From a virus: a stretch of 17,075 nt of DNA. Numbering within the stretch: the stretch's first letter is position 1; the number at the start of each line of letters is the position of its first letter. The notes beneath the pieces are model-generated. The model did no database searches, was not told the origin of the DNA, and was given only the letters and a program-made list of their open reading frames with translations. Where the stretch lies: UHGV virus genome UHGV-2091278. One strand, 5' to 3'. A program made the position numbers and the translations under genes. Positions 8,699 to 16,866 of the stretch are shown piece by piece.

Positions 8699-11515
8699 TC
8701 AATCTTTATCGTAAAAACTGCCACGTCCGGCACGGTCGCGTCGTTCCAATTCTGCCCTGACCATTTCACCGACCAGTTTCGCCAGTTCGCGGGGATTCTG
8801 CGTAACAACGTTATGCAGATGAACATGAATTTCACCGCCAAATCCGGAGGCAACAGGCTCCCGGTTACGGGAAGTTACAGGAACTGATGCCACTGGAGAT
8901 CGTATGGCCTCCGCCACCGGGCGGGAGCTGGCCGCAACAACAGGGACCAGCGCCGGAGGCAGCGGAGCCGGGACCACGGGTGTGATATTAATTGCGGGGG
9001 CAGGCTTACTGACCTGCGCAATCTTCCGCTCCTGCCACTCCCCACGAACAGCAAGTGCGCGGGGCAGGTTTTTAAAGACAATATCGCCGGGGCCAATGCG
9101 TTTTTTCGTCTCCTCAACCAGCTTACCTGTGTTATCAGCAATTTTGCTGAGTCTGCGCAGCGTACCGGTATTGCTGTCTGTGAGCGGTTTATTGTCTTTG
9201 GAGTTATCACCTCCGGTGCCATTGCCATTTTCCACAGGCTTCGGCGGATTGATTTTCGCCAGGTCCCCCTGAAGTAAGGCAACCTTGTCCTGAAGAATGG
9301 CCGCACGCTGTGCGTCTTCGATTTTCTTGCGCGCCCTTTCCGCTTCATCCGGAAGGACGCCAAGTTTTTCAAGTATCCACGCCAGCGTATCCAGTAGCAT
9401 TTTTGCAGGTGTCAGAACAAGTTGTAACGCACCGCCAAGAACGTTACCGAATATCTCGCCAGCACTGGTACATTTATCCAGCGTTTCCTTGCTGGACTCC
9501 ATCGGTGACAACAGCGATTTAAACCAGTTAAACACCTGGCTGATCCCGCTTCCGATTGCGTCAAAAACAGGACCAAACCGTTCAAAGGTTTCGCGCAACG
9601 GGGTCAGCCTTTCCATAATCCCGCTGAACACCCCGGCAAAAAATGCCCTGATGGGATCCCAGTATTTCCAGATGAGAACGGCAGCTCCGGCAAGCGCAGC
9701 CACGATAAGACCGACCGGACTGAACAACGCCCCGATAGCGCCCCCCAGTAACGAAACGGAACCCGTCACCATTCCCCATAGTGCTGGCAGGAGTCTGACA
9801 GCATTCATTGAACCGGTCAGGAGGGAAAAGCCAAGACGCAGTTTTGCCAGCGGGCCAGCAAGCACACCAATAGCCAGCGACAACGAGCCAACCGTTGCAG
9901 TCATTGCCAGCAACGCACCGCCTGCTATCAGTAGCTGGCGCGTCAGTACCGGATGAGCCTGCGCCAGCGAGGTGATTTTTTCAAGCACCCGCGTGAGCCA
10001 CTGCGTGACAGAACGCAGCGGACCGTCAACCAGATCACTGATGCGAATACGAAGACCTTCCCATGCGCTGTCGAGATTTTTCAGGTCCCCATCAAGATTA
10101 TCGGCCATTACTTTTGCAACGCGATCGGCCTCTCCCCTTGCCCCCTGCAATTCTCTGGTCAGTTTTTGCAGCTCTCCTGAACCAGCCGCCGCAACAAGCG
10201 TCTGCAAACCAACGAACGCCTCTTCTCCGGCGATGTCCTTGAAGAAGGAGACCTGGTCCACCTGTCCGTATTTTTGTGTCGCCTTATAGAGATCAAGCAG
10301 CACATCCTCCATCGGGCGCATTTTGCCTCTGGCGTCAGCAACTGACACCCCCAGCTCTTTCAGCGCATCAGCCGCAGCTTTTGGCGGTGATGCAAGGCGG
10401 GACAGACTTGCGCGCATGGCCGTACCAGCATCGCTTCCACGAAGACCATTATTGGCAAGCATCCCGGCCATGGCTGCCGCTTCTTCAAGACTGATACCAA
10501 GTTTTGCGGCAACCGGACCGGTATACTTCATGGTTTCGCCCAGCGCGCGTAAATCAGTATTGGTCCGGGTGAATGCCGCTGTCAGCGTATCGCCAACCCG
10601 GTCCATTTGATCGGCTGTCAGGTTGAACTGTGTGAGGATATTGGAGCCTATATCCGCCGTCTCGCCGAGTTCGACGCCACCTGCCAGCGCCATATTAAGA
10701 ACACCGGGCAATGCGGCCTGAATGGCCTGCGGAGTAAAACCAGCCATTGCCAGAAAGCTCTGCCCACTGGCGGCATCACTCGCAGTAAACTGTGTTTCAG
10801 AACCAAGTTTTAACGCCTGCTCACGCAGCGCCTTAAACTGCGGGCTGTTTTTGTCGATTCGCGTCAGTGCCTGAACGCGGGACATCTCTTTGCCGAACCC
10901 GATCGCAGGCTGCAAAAAACGTCCGGCAGCATAGCCGCCAGCCGCTGCAGCACCAATTGCCAGCGCACCACCTGTTTTCAGTTTTCCCACGGTTTCCTGC
11001 GCGCGCGAATACCGCTCACGCGCCCGCGTTACACGCGCAAGCGCCTGCCGTTCGCGTTCAAGTTGGTTGTTGTACTGTTCGGTGCGTCTGATGGCCTGCT
11101 GGATGGTGTTATCGCTGCCTGTCAGGGAAATGCCGTGGCGTTTCAGCTCTCCGCCAAGTTCCCGCATTTTCTGAATTTCCCGTGTGCGCGATTCATTCAG
11201 GCGTTCAAGCCGGGTGCTTAACTGCTGCATCAGCTTTTGTTGTTTTTCGCTGAGAACTGTACCCGTGCGTTGTAACTGATTAAGTGCGTTAAGCTGGCGT
11301 CGTGCTTTCACGATGCCAGCATCCGCTTTACTGACAGCGTCGCGGGCGCGCTCAAATGAACGCGCCTGACGCTCGAGATTTTTGATCGCCCCCTGCGTTC
11401 GCTGAATGGAGTCACCAAACTGCCCCATCAGGCGGCGGGCGTTTTCGGCAGGCCGGGTCAGCCTGTCAACGGCGCTGAAAGCGACCCGGATGTCAAGAGT
11501 CTTCATTATCTGCAT
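8699..11515 (-). CDS. T: Tail tape measure protein (P2 gpT-like)
   Basis: Very long ORF (up to 947 aa from GTG 11542); coiled-coil-rich N-terminal region, Gly/Ala-rich hydrophobic middle segments, position between E/E' and U. Start most likely ATG 11515 or 11506, overlapping the E' stop. Confidence 0.85.
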   Translation of the reverse strand: MQIMKTLDIRVAFSAVDRLTRPAENARRLMGQFGDSIQRTQGAIKNLERQARSFERARDAVSKADAGIVKARRQLNALNQLQRTGTVLSEKQQKLMQQLSTRLERLNESRTREIQKMRELGGELKRHGISLTGSDNTIQQAIRRTEQYNNQLERERQALARVTRARERYSRAQETVGKLKTGGALAIGAAAAGGYAAGRFLQPAIGFGKEMSRVQALTRIDKNSPQFKALREQALKLGSETQFTASDAASGQSFLAMAGFTPQAIQAALPGVLNMALAGGVELGETADIGSNILTQFNLTADQMDRVGDTLTAAFTRTNTDLRALGETMKYTGPVAAKLGISLEEAAAMAGMLANNGLRGSDAGTAMRASLSRLASPPKAAADALKELGVSVADARGKMRPMEDVLLDLYKATQKYGQVDQVSFFKDIAGEEAFVGLQTLVAAAGSGELQKLTRELQGARGEADRVAKVMADNLDGDLKNLDSAWEGLRIRISDLVDGPLRSVTQWLTRVLEKITSLAQAHPVLTRQLLIAGGALLAMTATVGSLSLAIGVLAGPLAKLRLGFSLLTGSMNAVRLLPALWGMVTGSVSLLGGAIGALFSPVGLIVAALAGAAVLIWKYWDPIRAFFAGVFSGIMERLTPLRETFERFGPVFDAIGSGISQVFNWFKSLLSPMESSKETLDKCTSAGEIFGNVLGGALQLVLTPAKMLLDTLAWILEKLGVLPDEAERARKKIEDAQRAAILQDKVALLQGDLAKINPPKPVENGNGTGGDNSKDNKPLTDSNTGTLRRLSKIADNTGKLVEETKKRIGPGDIVFKNLPRALAVRGEWQERKIAQVSKPAPAINITPVVPAPLPPALVPVVAASSRPVAEAIRSPVASVPVTSRNREPVASGFGGEIHVHLHNVVTQNPRELAKLVGEMVRAELERRDRAGRGSFYDKD

Positions 11516-11761
11516 TCCCGCTGCGAAGTGCCGCCCGCTCACGCCAGCTAACCACTTCGCCGGGCGTCATCATGAAGATTTCGGCGGGCGACCAGTTAAA
11601 AATGGCGGCAATATCCGCCACCAGATCTTCGATGTGCTCAAAGCACACCAGGGTGATTACGCTGCCGTCTCCTGCACGCTCTTCGCGCCAGAGTCTGGCT
11701 CGCTCATAAAATTTACAGCCACAGCGCACAACTGAATAAAATCGCGTGACGACATTTTTTT
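11493..11761 (-). CDS. E': E' segment: -1 frame extension producing the E+E' fusion tail assembly chaperone
   Basis: The -1 frame opens exactly at the A7 run (plus-strand T7, 11755-11761) inside E and stays open to TGA at 11493-11495; the arrangement mirrors P2 E/E+E' and lambda G/GT. Confidence 0.7.
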
Positions 11762-12031
11762 AATCATCACTTCATCCAGTCGTGGCGAGGTCACGCGAGG
11801 CAACAGCGTGAACATGGTATCCGCTTTCAGATTCAGCACATCAGACAGCGACAGACCACGCAGGGATCCCGCCTGCTCAATAGCCCCGGTGATCTCCACA
11901 TATGTGATTTTTTCGGCACCACGCTCAATTGGCCGGGAAAGTTTTACACCACGTTCGACAGCCATATCCTCACCTGCCGTCACATCATCCGCTACGGTGT
12001 TATTCCGGGTTTCAGTATCGATATCTTTCAT
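11657..12031 (-). CDS. E: P2 gpE-like tail assembly chaperone (zero-frame product)
   Basis: 124 aa; located between tube and tape measure genes; SD AGGAG 7 nt upstream of ATG; contains the frameshift site. Confidence 0.8.
   Translation of the reverse strand: MKDIDTETRNNTVADDVTAGEDMAVERGVKLSRPIERGAEKITYVEITGAIEQAGSLRGLSLSDVLNLKADTMFTLLPRVTSPRLDEVMIKKMSSRDFIQLCAVAVNFMSEPDSGAKSVQETAA
11755..11761 (-). other. Putative programmed -1 ribosomal frameshift slippery site (A AAA AAA on the coding strand)
   Basis: A7 homopolymer at E codons ~90-92 (..VMIKKM..); the -1 frame has stop codons immediately upstream and opens at this run. Confidence 0.55.
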
Positions 12032-12086
12032 CAGTTGTCTCCTTTTCAGTCAGAGGCGACGCACTGCGCCGCCTGCATATTACTTA

Positions 12087-12599
12087 TCAGCCAAGCCCAA
12101 GCGCGGAACGAATGCGGTCAGGCACAATGTCCTTGCCGTCCTTCCGGTAGATGTGGTTCAACAGGTCGATTTCCCACAGCGGGCGATCGTTAACGCTAAG
12201 CTTGTAGTAGGTGTTTTTGACAGCGTAAGTGTGTGATGTGGCTTCGCCCTGTTTGGCCTCCCCCATATCAATTTCCGTCACACGCCCGCGCATCTCGATT
12301 TCATACAGATCGCTTTCTGCATCGGTGTAATATTCACCCGCAAAACGCAGCAGCGTGCCGTCAATCGTGCCGCCATACTTAAGGAACAGTGCACGAACAG
12401 CTCCCCCCATGACAAAGCTCGCATCAAGCGCGGAGTCGTCCAGACCGAGATCAATACTTACTGCCCCCATCATGCCACCACCACGATAGCTGTCGGTTTT
12501 GCGCGTCAGTTTGGGCGGCGTGACGGATGTCACTTTACCCACTTCGTTTTCACCATCCACAAACAGCGTAAAAAAGCGAAGATGTTTTGGTACAGCCAT
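12087..12599 (-). CDS. FII: P2 gpFII-like tail tube protein
   Basis: 170 aa; ...TPPKLTRKTDSYRGGGM.G...DLGLDD... matches P2 FII (LPKLTRKLENYRGAGM...DLGLDD); start ATG overlaps the FI stop (TGATG). Confidence 0.9.
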   Translation of the reverse strand: MAVPKHLRFFTLFVDGENEVGKVTSVTPPKLTRKTDSYRGGGMMGAVSIDLGLDDSALDASFVMGGAVRALFLKYGGTIDGTLLRFAGEYYTDAESDLYEIEMRGRVTEIDMGEAKQGEATSHTYAVKNTYYKLSVNDRPLWEIDLLNHIYRKDGKDIVPDRIRSALGLG

Positions 12600-13783
12600 C
12601 AGGCACCTCCCAGCACCGCAAATGCGGGACCAAAGAATTCATCAGTAAACGTCTGGTAAAGCTCCATGTCTTCCAGCGGGGGAACGGGCGTATATTTGTA
12701 GCGAATACGCACACGCCCCTGACGTAAATCCGTGGTGCCGTTATCCACCACGTCATACCAGCACTCCGCGCCAATCAGTTTCCCGGCAGTAACCAGCGAA
12801 TCCAGTTTTGCCCTGATGGCGCTGATAACATCCTTCACGTTCGCAGGCGTCAGTGGACTGTCGATGGTTTCAAACTGCGCTTCCGCAATTGAATCAGCCA
12901 GCACCTGTGCGGTTCGGGTATACACCTCAAAGATGTAGGCGTTCGTTTCCGGTGTGCGGTTGCCCCAGAAGCGGAACCCGTTGCGACGAATAATGGTCGT
13001 GATTTCTTTGTTGTTGAGGCTGTTGGCATCACTGTCTTCGGCCTGTAATGACCAGAACACATGCCTCGACATCCCCAGCACATTTTTAACCGGAACGTTG
13101 GACAGTGATTTGTGCCACCCCTGCTCATGGTCAATGTACGCACGAAGGCCGCACGCATAGGCAGGCGCGGGGAACGTTTCGTTTTTGCCACTTTTCGGGT
13201 TGTAGGCGATGAAGTCCGGCCATAAGAGCATCACCTCACGTTCGTTGAATTTCTGGCGGTAGGTAATCGCCTCAGCCATCGTGTTACAGCCGTGACATGA
13301 GGCATACACAAACGCGCGCAGTTTACCTGCAATCACGCACAGGGATTTTGTTACAGCCTCCGTGTCCAGCTCCGGCGCAGCCAGAATACGCGGACGGTAT
13401 CCGATGCTTTCATCCTGCTCTGCAACAAGCAGCGCATACATCCCCGTATAGCTGCCGTCATCCTCAGAACCACCGATAACCAGTTGATCCTGCGTCTTTC
13501 CGTCTTCTTCTTTGTGTTCAGCCACGCGAACGACGATCACCTTTGTGCTCACCTGGTCTGCGATGGCCTTAAGCGCACGATAAAGCGTCCCCGTTGTTCC
13601 GCATTTTCCCAGCACGTCATTGACGCGGGTCAGCAGTGTGGGCTTGTTCAGCGGGAACAGCTTCGCGTCCGCATCATCCGCCGTTGCCACGATACCGATA
13701 ACGCTGGAATCAACATCGTTAATCGCTGTTACCAGGTCGGTATTTTCCGTAACACGGGCACCATGAAAACGAGTTTCACTCAT
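12599..13783 (-). CDS. FI: P2 gpFI-like contractile tail sheath protein
   Basis: 394 aa; ...FPLNKP...KLRAF.Y....C.T..E...YRQ.F..RE.M..WPDF...EQGWHK.LSNV...FRFWGNRT...YTRTAQV..D...YTPVPPLE... is diagnostic of the P2 sheath family. Confidence 0.9.
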   Translation of the reverse strand: MSETRFHGARVTENTDLVTAINDVDSSVIGIVATADDADAKLFPLNKPTLLTRVNDVLGKCGTTGTLYRALKAIADQVSTKVIVVRVAEHKEEDGKTQDQLVIGGSEDDGSYTGMYALLVAEQDESIGYRPRILAAPELDTEAVTKSLCVIAGKLRAFVYASCHGCNTMAEAITYRQKFNEREVMLLWPDFIAYNPKSGKNETFPAPAYACGLRAYIDHEQGWHKSLSNVPVKNVLGMSRHVFWSLQAEDSDANSLNNKEITTIIRRNGFRFWGNRTPETNAYIFEVYTRTAQVLADSIAEAQFETIDSPLTPANVKDVISAIRAKLDSLVTAGKLIGAECWYDVVDNGTTDLRQGRVRIRYKYTPVPPLEDMELYQTFTDEFFGPAFAVLGGA

Positions 13784-13940
13784 AGCTTCAGCCCCTTGTA
13801 TCCGTTAAATGATTCGGCAACAATCATCACCCACCACGCGCGTAATCTCACCCCTGCGCTATTCTCCCGCCACGGCGACAACAAAAAGCAGTACCCCCCT
13901 CCGCACGCACATGCGACCATGCCGTACAGGGAGGGAACAG
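13784..13940. promoter_or_regulatory. Divergent intergenic region expected to hold the late promoters for the FI operon (-) and D (+)
   Basis: 157-bp non-coding gap between divergently oriented start codons; no specific Ogr-box could be confidently recognised by eye. Confidence 0.3.
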
Positions 13941-15050
13941 ATGACCGACACCACCATGCAATTGCTCAGTCAGGGCACAGACCCCGTGAAAATGCCGGAT
14001 TTTGATATTCTCGCCGAGGGTAAAACGCTGTCCGGCGTGGCAGAACGCCTGATGAGCCTGTCACTGACCGACAACCGGGGATTTGAGGCGGACCAGCTCA
14101 CCATCACGCTGGATGATGCCGATGGCCAGTTGCAGCTACCGCCACGGGGCGCGCGCCTGACGGTTCTCATTGGCTGGAAAGGGGAACCGCTGACAGAAAA
14201 AGGCACTTACATTGTTGATGAAATCGCTCACGAAGGACCGCCGGACAGGCTGACTGTTTCAGCCAGAAGCGCAGATTTTCGGGATGAATTTAATGTTAAA
14301 CGTGAGGCGTCCTGGCATGATGTGACCGTTGAACGTGTGGTATCCGCCATCGCTCATCGGTACGGCCTGAAACCGCAAATCAGCGAAATGCTGATGGATA
14401 TCGAAATCGACCACGCCGACCAGACTGAAGAAAGCGACATGTCCTTCCTTACGCGCATGGCGGAAATGCTGGGCGCAATCACCACGGTAAAAAGCGGTAA
14501 TCTGTTATTCATCATGCCCGGCGGTGGCGTGAACGCACAGGGCCAGCCGTTGCCATCGTTCGCCATCACACGCAGCAGCGGCGATCGCCATCAGTTCCGC
14601 ATTGCTGACCGCGAGGCGTATACGGGGGTACGCGCTTACTGGCTTGATCTTAATTACGGGAAAAAGAAAAAAGTCAGCGTGAAACGCCGCAAACCGCCAA
14701 AACCCAAAAAGGAGAAAAGCAGCAGCCGTGAAGGTGATTATATGGAAGGCGCGGAAGGCAATGTGTTTGTGTTACGCAAGACTTATCAGAACGAGCAGGC
14801 AGCAAGACGCGCAGCGGCGGCAAAGTGGCAGCAGCTACAACGCGGAGCCGCATCATTCTCCATCACACTGGCACGCGGACGCGCAGAACTCTACCCCGAA
14901 ATGCATGGCACGGTAACAGGATTTAAAAGCGAGATTGATAATCAGGACTGGATTATTGCAAAATCCGAGCACACCATTGATAACAGCGGCTTTACCACGC
15001 AGCTTGAGCTTGAAGCAAAAATTCCGGAATGGATAGCAGAAACAGAATGA
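13941..15050 (+). CDS. D: P2 gpD-like tail protein
   Basis: Track ORF starts at 13809, but homology to P2 gpD begins at MTDTTMQLLSQGTDPV...; ATG 13941 has GGGAGGGAA SD upstream. ...DNRGF.ADQLT.TLDDADG...YIVDEIAH.G.PD.LTV.ARSADFR..., the basic KK-rich stretch and ...SGFTT.LELE... are all gpD-like. Confidence 0.85.
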   Translation: MTDTTMQLLSQGTDPVKMPDFDILAEGKTLSGVAERLMSLSLTDNRGFEADQLTITLDDADGQLQLPPRGARLTVLIGWKGEPLTEKGTYIVDEIAHEGPPDRLTVSARSADFRDEFNVKREASWHDVTVERVVSAIAHRYGLKPQISEMLMDIEIDHADQTEESDMSFLTRMAEMLGAITTVKSGNLLFIMPGGGVNAQGQPLPSFAITRSSGDRHQFRIADREAYTGVRAYWLDLNYGKKKKVSVKRRKPPKPKKEKSSSREGDYMEGAEGNVFVLRKTYQNEQAARRAAAAKWQQLQRGAASFSITLARGRAELYPEMHGTVTGFKSEIDNQDWIIAKSEHTIDNSGFTTQLELEAKIPEWIAETE

Positions 15051-15106
15051 GTAAATTAGATGCATTAGCTCAGTCATGAGTTTACTGATTACGTACGGCA
15101 CAGAAG

Positions 15107-15141
15107 CAAACCTGATAGTTTGCTCTGTGCCAGAAACGGAC
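15107..15141. terminator. Long imperfect inverted repeat between convergent D and the DUF2971-like gene
   Basis: GGCACAGAAGCAAA ... TTTGCTCTGTGCC (about 13 bp stem, one bulge, 8-nt loop); no adjacent U-tract, so function uncertain. Confidence 0.25.
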
Positions 15142-15172
15142 ATTGCCGACATCATAATCGACACAAATTACA

Positions 15173-16036
15173 TTAATCACCTATGTGATTACGTTCTATA
15201 TATCTTACAATCTTCTCTAAAGATTCAACCCCCCACCTCTGCATAGCATGCGGGGATTCTGTATATTCATAATCTTCTATGGTGAGATCCCATGTACTTT
15301 TCTTGAATTCACACTGATATAATCGCACAGTCTTGTTTAAAACCAACCCTTCTAACACACTGCTTTTCTTAATGATTTTGTCAATGTCTTTATTGTTAAT
15401 CCCAATGTAGATAGCTGTTACCGAACTTAAATCAGTTATCTTGTCAATTAAAATATTTTCTTGCTTTTGTAATAGCCCCACTCGCTTTATTATTCTAACT
15501 TCTTCTTCATATTTCCAATGCAATGATTTAGTAAGCAATAATTTACTAATTACATCAGCGCTATAAATGTTTTCTTGACTGATTTTTAGTTTGCTTTTTA
15601 TTCGACTCTCTAAATAATTAATGTCACCTTTCTGTGCCGTAATTAGGCATTTTTCTTCATCATCAAACCCTGCCCTTTCTGTGTCAATTGCTACAACAAA
15701 CCCCTGATGTTTATCAGCATAATGTGACCACATCAGTACATTGAGAGGATTTTTAGAAAGGCATAAGCAGGCAACATTTTGATTGATCTCCCCCCTCATA
15801 GCTAATGGTTCAAGCGATTCACCATCTAATGAAAGTTCATAGCCATAGCTTTCAAAAGGATCATTAAACTCACTATATGGAGTGAATTTTATAGAGATGT
15901 AACCATCTTTAAAAAATCGTTCCAATGATGTCTTATCTATATATTTATACAGAATCATAATATATTCAGAATTAATTATAGGTGTTATCAGTATACAGTA
16001 CTTCAACAAGTAGATGTAAAGATCCCATTTAAACAT
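15173..16036 (-). CDS. DUF2971-family-like protein of unknown function; A+T-rich cargo gene inserted between D and ogr
   Basis: 287 aa; ...ILYKYIDKTSLERFF.DGYI..KFTPYSEFNDPFES... and ...LMWSHYADKHQGFVVAID... resemble the conserved N-terminal motifs I associate with DUF2971. Strong SD GAGGAGGA directly before ATG 16036; visibly low GC. Confidence 0.6.
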   Translation of the reverse strand: MFKWDLYIYLLKYCILITPIINSEYIMILYKYIDKTSLERFFKDGYISIKFTPYSEFNDPFESYGYELSLDGESLEPLAMRGEINQNVACLCLSKNPLNVLMWSHYADKHQGFVVAIDTERAGFDDEEKCLITAQKGDINYLESRIKSKLKISQENIYSADVISKLLLTKSLHWKYEEEVRIIKRVGLLQKQENILIDKITDLSSVTAIYIGINNKDIDKIIKKSSVLEGLVLNKTVRLYQCEFKKSTWDLTIEDYEYTESPHAMQRWGVESLEKIVRYIERNHIGD

Positions 16037-16153
16037 TCCTCCTCAATACGCGGATTAAACAAATTAAAGCATCTTACTCAAAATGGACCATCAGTTGGAT
16101 TTAGAGCCAACACAACCTAGAATAGCGGCAGCACCACGTTAAGGGAGGTCGCT

Positions 16154-16414
16154 ATGTTCCGTTGTCCGCTTTGTGGCGCATCTGCCCGTATCCGCACCAG
16201 TCGTCCGGAAAATGATTCAAACACCGTGCGACAAAAGTATTACCAGTGCAACAACCTGGAATGCGGCGTATGCTTCTCAACACTGGAAGCTTTCCATAAA
16301 TTCACATCGAAGCACGCCTCCGGCGTTCACTCTTCAGAAGGTATCCCGTGGCATGAGCTGCCAGCTTCGCACAGGGGAAACAATCAGATGAGTTTGCCTT
16401 TACCTCAGAATTAA
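16154..16414 (+). CDS. ogr: Ogr/Delta-family zinc-finger late transcription activator
   Basis: MFRCPLCGASARIRTSR...QKYYQCNNLECGVCFSTLE... matches P2 Ogr (MFHCPLCQHAAHARTSR...ERYHQCQNVNCSATF) with a Cys-x2-Cys...Cys-x4-Cys arrangement; SD AAGGGAGG upstream. Confidence 0.8.
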   Translation: MFRCPLCGASARIRTSRPENDSNTVRQKYYQCNNLECGVCFSTLEAFHKFTSKHASGVHSSEGIPWHELPASHRGNNQMSLPLPQN

Positions 16415-16423
16415 CAGGCAGAA

Positions 16424-16452
16424 TTGCCGGAGTAACAAAAAAGCGATAGATT
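16424..16452 (+). promoter_or_regulatory. Putative sigma70-like promoter for the hok-like transcript
   Basis: TTGCCG - 17 bp - TAGATT, about 150 nt upstream of the hok-like ATG; weak match, by eye only. Confidence 0.25.
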
Positions 16453-16474
16453 ACGCGCGGGTGCCTTTCGGCTG

Positions 16475-16738
16475 ATGGTCGGAGGGAATACCCGAAGGCC
16501 AGATGTGGAAAGGCCCCGGAAAACATCTCTGTTTAACCGAGGCCCTAACCGCATTACCTTGACAAGTGAAAGGTTAGCGCCTCTCCGGAAAAGGAGCAAG
16601 TGCTATGTCGCAAAAATCGCTTACGGCCATCACGTTCTGCGTGACGGCAATCCTCATCATCTGGATGCTGCACGGTTCGCTGTGCGAAATACGGATGAGC
16701 TTCTGGGGAGCGGAGTTTGCGGCGTTCTTACAGTGTAA
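16475..16738 (+). CDS. mok-like overlapping reading frame (possible translational coupling ORF for the hok-like toxin)
   Basis: 87-codon ORF in a different frame that starts upstream of and overlaps almost all of the hok-like ORF, as mok does in hok/sok loci. Confidence 0.3.
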   Translation: MVGGNTRRPDVERPRKTSLFNRGPNRITLTSERLAPLRKRSKCYVAKIAYGHHVLRDGNPHHLDAARFAVRNTDELLGSGVCGVLTV

Positions 16739-16745
16739 GCAGTAA
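16605..16745 (+). CDS. Hok/Gef-family type I toxin (small membrane peptide)
   Basis: 46-aa ORF MSQKSLTAITFCVTAILIIWMLHGSLCEIRMSFWGAEFAAFLQCKQ, too short for the ORF track. Hydrophobic TM segment then SLCEIR...E.AAF, the Hok signature (Hok: ...RKSLCEIRYRDGHREVAAF...). SD AAGGAG 8 nt upstream. Confidence 0.7.
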   Translation: MSQKSLTAITFCVTAILIIWMLHGSLCEIRMSFWGAEFAAFLQCKQ

Positions 16746-16834
16746 GGAAACCGCGACGGGGGAGCAATCCCCCGTCAATCGGTTGCCAGGGTAAGGTCGA
16801 TAAGGCACCCTATCTCACAGACATGAACAACAAA

Positions 16835-16866
16835 CCCGCAGCGTAAAAACTGCGGGTTTTCTTTTT
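16835..16866 (+). terminator. Rho-independent terminator downstream of the hok-like gene
   Basis: Stem CCCGCAG / CTGCGGG with 8-nt loop followed by TTTTCTTTTT. Confidence 0.65.

Noticed and set aside
8875-10813. Many antisense or alternate-frame ORFs inside the tape measure gene (e.g. 8875-9372 -, 9297-9956 +, 9953-10289 +, 10323-10610 +)
   Set aside because: They lie wholly inside the 947-aa T ORF, have Arg/Ser/Pro-rich low-complexity translations typical of shadow frames in GC-rich coding DNA, and have no SD or family resemblance.
8190-13813. Shared 8-mer CGTTAAAT at both edges of the inverted FI-U block (about 8191-8198 and 13803-13810)
   Set aside because: Too short to distinguish from chance in about 150-bp junctions and both copies are in direct orientation; not evidence of an invertase site.
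13809-13940. Upstream extension of D (track start at 13809)
   Set aside because: Similarity to P2 gpD begins at the internal ATG 13941, which has a good SD; the extension would cover the divergent promoter region and has an atypical composition.
14650-14740. Lys/Arg-rich low-complexity stretch (KKKKVSVKRRKPPKPKKEKSSS) in D
   Set aside because: A comparable basic stretch exists in P2 gpD as I recall it, so it is a conserved family feature rather than an insertion.
16173-16526. Alternate-frame ORFs 16173-16391 (+) and 16302-16526 (-) overlapping ogr
   Set aside because: The ogr frame has the zinc-finger signature and an SD; the others are overlapping shadow frames.
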